NCBI RefSeq assembly: GCF_000181795.1
Contig: NW_003526941.1
Location: forward strand, 9,867,057 to 9,931,056
Source of the DNA: Trichinella spiralis
Lineage: Eukaryota
Length of the DNA: 64,000 nucleotides
Reading direction: 5' to 3'
Shown here: piece by piece, positions 24,884 to 37,710 of the stretch
How the letters are laid out: every line of letters starts with the position of its first letter
How positions within the stretch are numbered: the stretch's first letter is position 1
Position numbers and translations under genes: made by a program
The notes under the pieces: generated by a model
Told to the model about the DNA's origin: nothing
The model's database searches: none
What the model saw: the letters and a program-made list of their open reading frames with translations, nothing else

Positions 24884-25474
24884 ATGAAATTTATTGGCAA
24901 TTATGATATTTTGGCAGAAGGAAAATTTCTTTTTGAAATATTGGCTCAGTTGCGTAACTTTGGTGTGGAAAGAATGGTTACGAAAGGTGAATGGATGCGG
25001 AAATGGCCGAACGAACCAAGTTATTGTGTAATACGAAAAGTGGAGCCTGAAATGGATAGATGGTTGTCGCGTGGCAAAGTTTGGGTTGATTGGATTTTTC
25101 GAGGAAAAGCACTAGGAATCTATCAATTTTCCAAAGAATTGAATCGATGTGACTGGCATTTGATTCATAAACACGAAGAACATCTTTTTTGCGATTGCAA
25201 AAAATCTTTGGAAGTGAAACTACCATCCCACGTGTCAATTCCTCCATTAGAATATTATTTGTTGCAGAAGAGCTTTGATGCGAAAAAAATGAATGAGATG
25301 CCACCTTCTCATGTACCTCTTGTGCCCCATGTTGACGAAGAATTCTCCATGTACAACTTCAATTTAGATGAAAATAGAACAGAATCAACTGACGCCGATA
25401 AAGAGGCGTATCTTGATTTGTATGGGAAGGAACTCCCTTGCAAATTGGAAAAATGGAAAGCTGGTTCTATTTGA
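24884..25474 (+). CDS. MRPS34: Mitochondrial ribosomal protein S34
   Basis: GKFLFEILAQLRNFGVERMVT...EPSY...GKVW..IFRG...DWHLIHKHEE motifs; intronless 196-aa ORF. Confidence 0.85.
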   Translation: MKFIGNYDILAEGKFLFEILAQLRNFGVERMVTKGEWMRKWPNEPSYCVIRKVEPEMDRWLSRGKVWVDWIFRGKALGIYQFSKELNRCDWHLIHKHEEHLFCDCKKSLEVKLPSHVSIPPLEYYLLQKSFDAKKMNEMPPSHVPLVPHVDEEFSMYNFNLDENRTESTDADKEAYLDLYGKELPCKLEKWKAGSI

Positions 25475-27495
25475 AAAAGTTATATATGTAAATATTAATT
25501 AATTAATTTATTTATATTATTTAGTTTCTTTTACATTTGTTTTCATGGCACAAATAAAATTTGAAGAAAAGATTTGTTACTTTACAATTATTAACAACAA
25601 TCATTATTTATCACTTTCAAATTTGAATAGTCAAATTACCAATTTTATAATTTCCTATGCGTGTCTCATATTTTGTTCAACTTATTTTTGAATTGATCTA
25701 TTGTTCTAGTGTTCATTAATTCATTTTTACACGTGCGAGTCAACTTTATTTGATCAAGAAGTGTATAATTTTAAAAGTTGAAATTATTTTTTACGTTTAA
25801 TATCAATTTAAAAGTGAAAATTTTATTCGAAATATGAATCTTTTGTCCCATGTTGAGTAATTTTTATTGCACATTGTTAATTTTATTTTTATTAAACAAT
25901 TAATGCTTGTTAGAAAACAGCAAAATAATTAACTGTAATGAAAACGCTGTTAGTTAATAAATGAAATGCTTACTTTGTAATAAGCTGATGTCCATTAAAA
26001 GCTGTTAATGAGCTTGCTTACGACATTTGTTGTTAGTGAATTTGCAAAGTCAATCTTTGTATATTGTAATTGATTATCGTTTATTCTCTTAATGAATAAT
26101 TTTGGGTAATTTGTAATTGAAAAAGTAAATGAACAATGGAAGCCAACATGGAACGGTAATGCTGGAAATATTGAATAATTGAAATTTTAGAACAAACGCA
26201 TCGTTTCACAAAAATCGTCATCTAATTAAATTGGATGCTTTTTTATTGCCAAAATAATGCTGAACTAAAAATAAGCAAAATTGCAGTTCCGTTTTATGTT
26301 AATGTTAAATTTCAAAAAATGAAAGTAAGACAATAATATCTGAATGAGAGTTTTTATCAGTACTTTGTATTTGTAAATGTTAAATGAAATTAACATTATT
26401 AATATATTTCTTTATGAAATTATGAAAAAGAGCAATTTTTTCTACAAGAACCCGCACTGTTATTACAAAATCTTTTGTTATAAATCTGTCAATTATTGAT
26501 ATTATACATTAAACAAAATGAAGCATAATAATCGACTGATGCGTTAAACAAATTTTAATTTACTTAAAAATTTTACACTAATTTGAATTAAGAAATACAA
26601 AAAGAATACAATGATTATTCAACTTTCAAATACGTTTAAATAATCAAATGCTAATTTAATTGCTTTGCATAAAAATATTGCTTATATTTATCATATAACC
26701 GTAATATTTTTGCATTATTGCATTTTGTAATATAACAATATAAGAAGTTTTATAATGAAATGACAACAACAGCAGCAGCAACTTTATAAGTGAAGTATTC
26801 ATTATAGAACATTAATTATTATTCATATTTAAAATTTCAATTGAAGTGAAAGAAAAACTGATTAAAAAAATGAAATTTAATTAATTTTATAATATTTTTG
26901 ATACTATACCATAACTGAAAAATTGCTTTCAAGATAAATAATGAAGTGCGTGAAGCAATTTATTTAGAGTTTGTTATTTGTATTATATTAAGCAAGTTTT
27001 ATTAGCCATCGTTGTGCTTTTTAAGTTTCCCAGATGTAATCGCTTTAATCAAACTATAATGTCTACAGTTGGTAGAGGAACATTTTCAAAGCTGCTTAAC
27101 ATTTTACCCTTTGCTCTTACTTTATAATTAATTTCAACTGCTTGTGCTATTAATTGGCTTGATCTCAAAATTAGCAACTTCATTATTCAACTGTATCTGT
27201 CTCTATTTAATCCACAACACCTACGCTTGTTGCAATTTGAAGCATGATTGTCTGCATTGTTTAGGCAAAAGCTTTCACTTTGAAGCATCTGAATTGCAAG
27301 TTACTTCAACATGAACTATTCCACTTTCTGTTTTCAGTATGGTTAGCTGCCTTTTGAAACGACTTTAAAAAAATTTTCCTTTTACTTCACAAAATACCTG
27401 CAATAAAACTTCGAATGACTTTGAATTGCAATGGCAATGACAAATTTACACTGCATTATAATGATTTGCATATTTATTTCAGACTGCTCTTGGAA

Positions 27496-28196
27496 ATGGC
27501 AAAATACGCTCTTCACTTGACTTTGATTTTGGCTGTTCTATTGTCTGTTGCTTTCAGTGAATTTATACGTCTCAAACCATCAGGTATACATTATTTTCTC
27601 TTTTTTTTCAATAGAGTATGCAGTTTCAAAATTAAATTTTCATCTTCAATGTCCTTATCTATTAAGATTATGCATAACAGATTTTTAATTTATGTTAGTT
27701 AATTTTTTTTAGAACAAGCAGTTATTGAACAGAATAGATAATTTCACTTTTGCAAGTGATACAATTTAAAATATTATGAACGTGTACAAAAACAAATTCA
27801 AGAAACACATTTTCATTTTTTGATGTAAAAATCGAAAGCACAACAAAAACTTTCAATAATATGAAATTATTTTTTTCTGCATTAAATTCTTCTATTTAAA
27901 ATTTTAACACTGTATAGTTTTGGAAATAAATGCAGTAAATTGATAATATGCCATAATATTTGAAAGTACTGCTTAAGAATGTGCTAAATTATTTAATATG
28001 CCATTTAGAGAAAAAAAAATATGATTCAGAAAAAATGCAATTCGCAGCTAAAGATTATGGAGATCTGCACAGTGGCATATCTGCTTACAGACTAATTCCA
28101 GTACTTCAGGCGTCAAAAAAAAGGCAATTAAAAAATTTGAATGACATTGAAGAAAGCGCAATTCCTGAATGGTCTATGCTTGGTTGGACGTGGTGA
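27496..28196 (+). CDS. Neuropeptide precursor, nlp-42-like (exons 27496-27583, 28009-28196)
   Basis: Signal peptide MAKYALHLTLILAVLLSVAFS, a phase-1 intron, a KKR cleavage site, and a C-terminal peptide ending PEWSMLGWTW (cf. nlp-42 PEWNQLGWAW-amide, from memory). Confidence 0.75.
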
Positions 28197-30229
28197 TTTG
28201 TCATTATGCTAATATCATTTCTGATAAAATTATATAATCAGTTATTCACTGTTTACATATTATTCAGTTTTAAGCGTGACACTTAAAAAGAACTTTAAAT
28301 ATATGTTACACAAACCATTATGTCACTTGTTCACAATATGTGGAAAAGAATTTAACACAAATAAAAATTCTTTCATTCTAAACAAAAAATTTACAAGCAA
28401 ATCATAATTTTCACGTTTAAATAAACAAAAAAAATTTTTTTATTATATAAATTTTTAGAACATCATGTAATTTAAAAACACCAGTTACTTTAAACAGAGA
28501 ACTTGACAGTTTTTTATGATTAAAGTTTAATATATTAAAAAATTCTTCAAAATTAAATAATTTCTCTTATTCATAATTTTCCAAAATTCTTTTATATTAA
28601 TGCTTGAAATCTCCACCTAAAAATATGTTATGTTCCTATTTGTATAGTTTATTGAAAAGTATATAATAAGTAATAAATTTAGAAATTCGTTTTTTCTCAC
28701 CCTTATTATTGAATGTAAATTTCACATAAGTAAAATAATAAAAATATGTGTTCTAATAAACATTCATACTTAATGATGTCATTTTAATACTATACTACAG
28801 TATTTTATTAATCATTGATATCAGTGGCATGTGTTTCATTCAAATGATGATTTTATAACTTTCTGAAATTTGTTTTTGGCTATATGTTAACCTAATTCAT
28901 GCTCATGGTTTGTAAGGTATATATGATTATGTTTGATGTCGGCAGTTTGCCGTGTTCTAAGTTTCCCATAGAAATTAAAACATTTTAAATGAAACTTAAT
29001 TTTATAATTATAAGGTATTTCTTGTTGAAATCCTGAGAAAGCGAAAATTAATTTTCGCTTTGAATAACCAGTAATGAATGATTTTGAATTTGAGAACTGA
29101 AACATAAAATTAAGGTTTTTTTTAAATAAACAGTATGTAAGTAATAGAGTTTAAATGCAGTTTATCAACGTTGTATTCAGAAAAAGTCACATGGATTGAT
29201 GATTTGTAAAGCATTTCATGATTAACTATGCATTCATAAAAGATGTGCGTATTCATGTATGGATATTGTTCATTCAGTAATGCTTTGAAACTGTTGAAAG
29301 AATATTGTTTGTAAAACTTTTTTTATTGTTATTTTCTGAAAAGAAATGTATGTTATTAAGTCGAAGCTGTTATTTAATTTATATGTATGTAATAAAGTTT
29401 TTTATTTTATAGTTAAAAATTCTGGCATAAAATTGATTGTAATTTTGAATAGAACATACAAACGTACACGAATTATTTATCTTACTGAATGATCTAAGTT
29501 TTACAGATCTTGAACATGCAACATGTTAATTTTGTTGAATTCTTCTTTTAATGGATTTTGAAATTAAAAGTCTGTTTGTAGTAGTTACAGTGGAAGTAGG
29601 AAATTTAGTCAAAATGATTTTAAAGTTTTCTAAACTAACTTAAACCGATTTACTTTTGATCTAATTAAACAAATCCCTTAATGAAATAAATGAATAATAA
29701 TAATAATAAGTATTATTATCTCAGATTTGTGATGTTATTATTGAAGGAATGTAAGCAATTATTCAGATATTGATTGTGTGACTGTTGGCCTCTTACAGCT
29801 TGTAGTTGATAAGCGACTGAACATGGTATGTAGTTTACTTATTTGACTTTCAAATTATTCTGCTAAGCTTAAGCGAGTTACATATTAATAAATGTTTTAT
29901 ATTTATGCACTTTTTTTACAAATGGTTGTTGTTGTTTCAATTACTGCTTTGCAAAATTAACAAAAATAAAATAATGCTTGGCTTCTGTAAAATAAGTAAA
30001 CGGAATTTTTTCTGCTTTTAATACATCCTGTTAAAAAAGGAAAAATCAAGTCATCTCTCATTCAGTAAATAAGATTTACCATTTCATTTGAATACTTTCT
30101 ATTTTTTTCACTGAACATGCTGTATTCAGCTACAGTATGCTTTAGCGTACTGAATTTACAATAGTTTAATAGAATTAAGCAGTTTTTATTGTAATATAAA
30201 ATACTTGCAAAATTCAGCATAAAATATAA

Positions 30230-31450
30230 ATGGAATGCGCCTGGCATGCAAAGGGCATATTAGCAGTGAAAAAGAGAGGGACGTTGTGCGTCGATATTTG
30301 GGAGTCCTTGTATTTGTTCACATCAGTAAAGCTATATATAGTTTATGTTTGTTAGGAGTCGATGCGGTCTGTCAGCTAACAGACATGGTAGCGCAGAAGA
30401 CGCTACAATGGCGTGGTATGATCCTGTCTTACATCAGAAGATTCCATGTGGAATGTGCGAAACTTCCGTTCAATCAGTTGATTGGGTCGGCGAGACGCTA
30501 CTTTTGCCATTATCAGTGATATGTTTACATGCATGATTATATGCACAAGTTGATCCTCCAATGGAAACCTTCAAGGGATTACAAAAAAGATTACTTGAAA
30601 TTTACGGGGAGCAAGAGCTTGCAATGCAGAATTTTTAAATTTCTATAATTTTGCGATGACTTTGCATGATCTCATGTTTGCCGTTGTGATAAATGAATGA
30701 ACTCTTCTGCAGCGGTTCACTGAAGGCTTTGCAAACGTTGTTTGTCATATACACTTGTCACTTCGAACGTCAGTTCCATCGAAGTATCCGAATGCTTTGC
30801 CAAACAGGTAGAACGTTTCAAGGATCGCTTGGAGCGCATTTGGTCTAAAGGTGATACGTACGTGAAGTCAAAGTACGCTAGCATAACCAAGCCCAGATAT
30901 GCAGATTTTTAAGAGTCAGCATATTAATGAATTCTCAGAAGGTGAAGTAGCCAGCAAAGCCGAGAATACCTGGAAATGAATATTAAAGCGACGATCAGAA
31001 GGTACATGACGAACCCAATTCTGTCAGAATGCAGCCTTTACATCACCACAGTGCTTGAGAGCCGCAGGAGTTTGACAGTAAAGTCAAACCTTAATCTGGA
31101 AGGAAGAACAGTTAAAGACAGCTATCATATGCGACCAGCCAAGCGCGCATATTCCAGAAAATTCAGCTGTATTTCTGAAAGTGGTTTTAATTCGACAAAA
31201 CGGATTTCACCTACTCAGGGAGTGCCTGTTTGGTGAAAAAGCATATATACCATTTCACAGCAGATCTGGCGATGAGTGGAGATGGACGAATTTAGCTGTT
31301 GGAATAGCAACCTCGTCCGAAGAAGTAGCGATATTACAAAGCAAAAAAAGCACTGAAAGTCAGCAACTCAGCGATGGACATCGACAAGTAGTAAAGAAAA
31401 TGGTGCTTAATAATGTGATCAATGTTTCCAAGAAGTTAGAAAGTATATAG
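30230..31450 (+). mobile_element. Possible highly decayed LTR-retrotransposon gag/pol relic
   Basis: Higher-GC island with broken frames; fragments such as ETFKGLQKRLLEIYGEQE and LQRFTEG resemble Gypsy gag. No termini were recognised. Confidence 0.3.
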
Positions 31451-32784
31451 AGAGATGATTATTATAATAGAAAGCGTCTGTTTGTTATAGCTGTATTTAA
31501 ATCTGATATCCTTAATCTCTGAATACAGAAATGAAGCTTCTCTAATTTGAACTGCATTTGCGATGCATTCTGGTTGAAAAGAATCTTAAAATTCGGAGAA
31601 TTCAAGCAATTCAATTTGAATTTTCCGCGCTACACGCTATTCAGGTCACTGTTGAGCGTCAATAGGCGAACGGCCTGCCTGCAATCAGTATTGGAAAATA
31701 TTGGCTACGCAGAAAATGTAGTTGTTACGAGAAAATGTTGGCATCATGTTTTAAAAAGTAATCAGATTTTTTTAACAGTTAGTGAAATGAAAATAATTAC
31801 AAAGCAGAATCTATAAATGCTAATTTTACTAAATTAAATATGACTATTGTTAAATAAAATGAAACAGGAGTAATTAAATAAATAAATGTTAAAGAGTTAT
31901 AATTTTTAAATATCATTTAGCTGTATTTTTTTGAGAAAATTAAAGGTTACTGTAATTTGCTGCATTTGTTTGTCTGATAATAAAACCTGATTTTCATTTT
32001 TCCTATTGTACTTGTTTTTTTCGGTTTCATTTAGTTCATTGCTTGATACGAGTCAGTGTGATAGCGCGAGCTTAATTATTCCTTGTAAGTACTGATTTTT
32101 AATTTTAAGAAGAATTCTTTTGTTAATTTAATTTTAAATATAGTTTCCTTTTCGATGAGATAAAATATTTACTTAATTAATTAATGAATTACTCAATTTT
32201 TTACTTACATGTGACGCTTTTTATTTTTTCCTGTCCATTAATCTACAAAACAGAAAACAACTTTATTTTAAAAATTATTTTGCTTTTATTCAAAGATATA
32301 TCTTTTGTTACTGATTATTAGCGCGTATTTAAGCTGTTGTTTATTGTTTTTTATTAATGACGATAAATAAAATAAAATAAAGTGTAATTATTAGATTATA
32401 AATTTTTAATATTTGCGTTTTGTGTGTGCATTTTTTATTTAATCTAAATTGCATTGTTGATAGTAAATACATTGAACTATCAAATATTTTTTTATTTTTT
32501 ATAATAGCATGATTTGCTGTTTATGAATTTCTTATTTTTCTTTATTTATTTTCTCTTGTTTATTGATGTATCTTTTTTCATTAGATTTAAGTAGTTATTG
32601 GGTGACACATTTGCAGCTAAAATGTGATTAAGTTAGTGAATTTTTTCATATGAAGGTTTATTTTTTTTTATTATACTTTTTAGTCTATCATAATAAAAAT
32701 GTAGCAGTTATTTTGGTGAAAATGCGTGATTCATGTTGTCATATTTAACAATGTTTACATTTATTTATTTTAGTAAGCATCAAG

Positions 32785-33461
32785 ATGTGCAGTGCTTCAA
32801 GCAGCTCGATGAATTCCAGCTTGGAAGTGTCACGTGGGGAGTCACGTAAGCATAATTAGTTGACTTAGCGGATTTTATTTTTAACTTACAGTTGTATTTA
32901 TAGTTGGTGAGTCGACAATTGATGTAGTTGAGGCTTTGAAAAAAGGCTTTGATAAGATGATGGTATTGTCGCCGTCTAAGGAAGAACATTTTGATTTTAA
33001 AAGGGATTGCACCGATTTAAAAGAGTAAAATGATTTAATTTTGCATTTTACATTTTATACAATCAAATCATTATACATTTTAACAGGAATTGCACTTATA
33101 CTTTTATGGAGAACTTCGAGCAGGAAGATGCTGATTTCTTTTTGTCGTTGAAAGAGGAAGATGCAAGCGCTATTCGTTGCAGTACCCCTGTGAATGGAGA
33201 TAATAATTTTTCTGTGGAACTAATGGATGTAATGTAAAATAAAAATGTTTAATAAAACGAATATTTATGATTTTTTTGCAGTGTGATGTTTCGACAATTG
33301 CATGTGTTGACGGTAATTTCACTGGCAATGTTTTTAAGTTCGATCCGTACGGACCAGATGGGCACACCTGCCACTGCAGCCATTGCAGTAAGCGGAATGC
33401 AAAATCTGATGATGAATTTGTGAACGGGGAAAGTTTTGATGCACTTAGCCGCACTTTGTAG
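32785..33461 (+). CDS. Orphan 167-aa acidic protein, 4 exons (32785-32845, 32904-33024, 33087-33228, 33282-33461)
   Basis: Three short GT-AG introns with consistent phases (1, 2, 0) give a 504-nt open frame. No family was recognised. Confidence 0.7.
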
Positions 33462-36400
33462 TGATCTTGAAATGTTTTGTTCGTTTTCATTTTACGATGC
33501 ACTTATTTATTTTTGTAAAGGTGAATTTGCTTGTGTATATGTATGCGATTACTGAAAATTTACAGATTAAATGGCTGTAGTGTGTCTTTCTAATTTTGGT
33601 CGTTTCTACTCACAATTCGAATTTATTGTTCGAATATTTAATGTTCACAAAAAGAATTATCAAATGGGTTGTATGCAGATGGCACATGCATATTCAATTT
33701 CTATATTGCGCACGTTCACTTGCATGGGTTGTGAGAAGGGCACAACGAATTATTAATAATTCATTTTTCAGTGCGATTTTTAATAAGTAATTGAAAGAAG
33801 AAATGAAGAAACCAATAATGTAAAAGAATTTTAATGCATATTTTGTAGTAAAGTTATTTAAAATAGCACATGTATAGAATTATTTCGATTTAAAATTACA
33901 TCAGTTGTTTTTATTATTTTAGTTTAAAATTTTTTTCAAAGAATTGCCTATTCAACTATTGTTTACAAAACTTTGAATTGAATCACTACATAATTGTGCA
34001 CAAAAGTAAGCCTATTGATTGAATGTTTTCATGATTGATCACAGCATGTACATGTAATATGTCGATTGTCTGTCAATTTTACTTTTGAAAAGCAGCAGTA
34101 CTGAAACACCGAATAATGCAGTCTGTGTTGACCGTTTTAGTTAGCGAATATTTAAATAAGAGTCGCTGCATAATTACTGACACAGCTGAAGCCTAGAAAT
34201 TTTTTCTTCTTGCTTGTTGGCCTGCATATGCTAATTTGCGAGAAACAATTCTCGTGATCAACTTTGACTGGCTGTTCTTTTCGGTTGAGTCTACAAAAAA
34301 TTTAATTTTTTTAGCAATCGTGAAGCAACAATGAACAATAAAAATGTGCGCAATGTTGGTCTTTGTTCAAAAAATGCGTTGCCTTTGCACATAAAGAGCC
34401 AATTGCAGATTTTTAAAATAATATTTTAAACATGAAAAGTGTTTTTCCTGAAATTGCTGTTCAATTTTGTGGTACACATGTTGCATCTGTCAACACTTTT
34501 TATTTGTTTTAATGCGAAAATGTCAAATTAGACGAAAATAAATCGAAGCAGATAAGTTAACGGTAATGATCAAAATGCAGATGCAGTCTCAACAGTGGAC
34601 GTATTATATATATACATGTGTTTGCGTTTTGTTCATCGTAGTTGATATGCTCGAAAACTGATTCAATTTTTGCGCATACTAAGTGAACAGGCTAAAATAT
34701 GCAGGTCGAACAAAAATGCGTTAGTTAAAATGACGTCAGTGTAGCACGTTTCTTGTTATTTTAATGATTTGTTAATTTAGATTTCAGATAAGTATAGTCT
34801 GTGAACTCATCTCAGTGTCATCAGGCACGGAGCATATGACAAACTACGATGATTTAGCATGTAAAATTAAAAAAAAAGAAAAAACGGTGAAGCCCAAAGA
34901 TGAAATGAAGCCGTATGATCAAGAAACTTCGTGCTGCTTCAGATTATGCAAAAATATCTTCAGTACTGTTTGAAGGCAAAGTGGTTTCTTGGATTTCTTG
35001 AAACATGTCAAGATTTGCAAATTTAATTGCTGACAAACTGGAAAAAATCAACTCTGTAAAAACTGCATCTTGGTGTCTTGAACGAATTATTTGCATTTTT
35101 TCAATTAATGAATTCAAAAATCAAATGTCAAAACAGGAATTATTTACGTTGAAACAAAATCTGTTTGTGTGTTATCTACAATGAAAATAAGTTTTGTTAT
35201 ATTTGCTTGTTAATTCAATGAGAATAATTTTTAAAAAAAACCATTTATATTTTTCAATATTATTAAGTTAATAATAAGTTATTATTGTTTATTTATAGAA
35301 TTTCATTTAACTGAAGTTAGTTGACATTGTGTGCAATCAAACTTGAAAATCAGATTTAAGAAAAAAAAATTTTTTTTAATTGTTGTATTGTAAATGTATT
35401 TTTAATTTATTTTTGAAATAAAAAACACAAAGTGAATAAAATAATAAACAAAAATAAATAAATAAATAAATATATATATGTGAGAAGAAAGATTGAAATG
35501 CATTGCATGTCAGTTGGTAGATATATGATAAAAATGATGTCGGTAAATATCAAAAAGTGAAATGATTGATGGAGAATAAAAATTGAACGAGTTGGGCTGA
35601 AATTGGCTGGAAGATGAAGATGCAGTGTGGCAATTGAATATAGTGACGACGTTTTTGATTTTGCTCACAAATTGTTCATTGTGATGATATTCGATGACGC
35701 GCTGCTATAACGCGTACATGATTGACTTTGTGCGAACAAACTGACGTCGTATCAGCCAACGATGTCAAATAAATTGATGGAAATTTATTTATTTATTATT
35801 TACTTGTTTGGCATACTTGAATGGTTGAATCGTTCCGACGTTTAGCAATTAGTTACGAATCGGAAAAATTTGTGGCACCTTGTCGTAACACAACGTTGCT
35901 TCAACGATAACATACCTACCACATAATTATTCGACTTCTTCATTCAACTTTATATAGTGTTTATTTTCGATTTATATATAATATAATATAATATTTTTGG
36001 TTTATTTTATTTATTTTCTTATCTGTTTGTCTGTCTACCTGTCTATCAGTCGGATTTTTACCGGTCATGACATGCTTGAAGTGAAGAAAACTAGCTGAAA
36101 ATAAACAACTTTATTGCCAAGCTTTACATCTGCCCCATAAAACTCTCACTAAGCTGTGTTAAGTAAATAAGGAAGAACTATCTCACAATTACTGCTATCA
36201 TCGCTTGCTAAAGCAGAGAAGCGCAATCACCAGTTGCGTTTCAAGTTCATCTATACGATCAGTAAGTTATCATTCTTTTCTATACATTTTTATGGTAAAA
36301 ATATTTATTCTATATATATTTATTTCAATTGATCAGTTATTTTGGTTAAAATTTTTTTATTACAAATGTTTACTGTAAATTTTCACATTGTTGCAATTTT

Positions 36401-37710
36401 GAAATAAAATTTCTCGTTCATTAACTATTGAACTGCTTGAAATTATTTCACTTATATGCACAATTTTTGCATTTGATTATTCTGAATTTTCCATAATATG
36501 AGAATCTGGAATATATATATTTTTTTTTGTTTGAATTGCTTTGTAAGTAAACATTATAATGCTCGAATTCAATTAAAAGGAATCTTTCTCTATTCTATGA
36601 CAAAATTCAATATATACCATACCAGATTTGTTCAATTAATGCTTTTCGAATGAAAAATTCCATTCAAACTATTACTAAAAAATTTAACTTACTAGTTTTA
36701 TCTTTTATGAAAAACAGTACACTTTCTAATTAAAAAAAAATCACAATTATTTAACCATATAAAATTATATCATTGAAATCAGATGTCAAACAGAATGAAT
36801 GGTAATATTGTGCATTTTGTTCATTCATTTCTCATCAACTGTTTTTATTGATTTAATTGAACAACGACATAAAAATGTGCAAAAGTGACCAGATTGATTA
36901 TTTGCCTAATTTATCTTTTTGTCAGGTTTACAACTGGCGTAATCATTGGTTGTTCAATTTTGATAGTTTTGATTAAAATAAAATTATAATTATAATTATA
37001 ATATTTGTACACAAAATGCTTGCAATGTTGCTTTGGTCTTTCTGGAGCGTTTTTTCAAAAAATTATTTCTCTAATATACATTTTCATACTTTGTTGCATA
37101 AAAAAATTTCTTTGCTGCAATAGATTATTTTCTTTTTCAACGTAGAAATTTTTTTTTATTGTTGTTTTTAATCAATCACTAAAATTATAATAGTTTTGGG
37201 TGATGTGGTTAATGATGATGGTGATTTTACGTAAGCTAATTTCAAACATTTATTATATAAGATGAACATCAATTCTTTACGTTCAATACGTTTGCCGTTT
37301 GAAAGTGAAAATTTTTTAAAGTATTATTTTCTCAACAAATATAGATTAAACCTTCTACGCAGTAGTAATATTATATTTTTTATATTATGCTCTATTGGAT
37401 TGAATTTCCAAATCAACTTCCAACTTCAATCAATAATAAATAGAAAGATACACAAACATCTTTTATTACTGTACATCAATCAGATAGATCGGATGTCCTC
37501 TTCTGAAATGAAACAACAATAATAAAAACAACAAATCCAATACAATATATTGTCGTATATTTATGTTCTATTTGAAAATGTATTACGGATGTGAATACAA
37601 ATTTGCTTTTACTATAAATAAAACAATAATAGAATTCTATTATTATTTGCATTTTGAAAATTTTTCCTTCTCATAATTTCAATTCTTTTGCAGTTTAAAT
37701 AAAATTTCCT

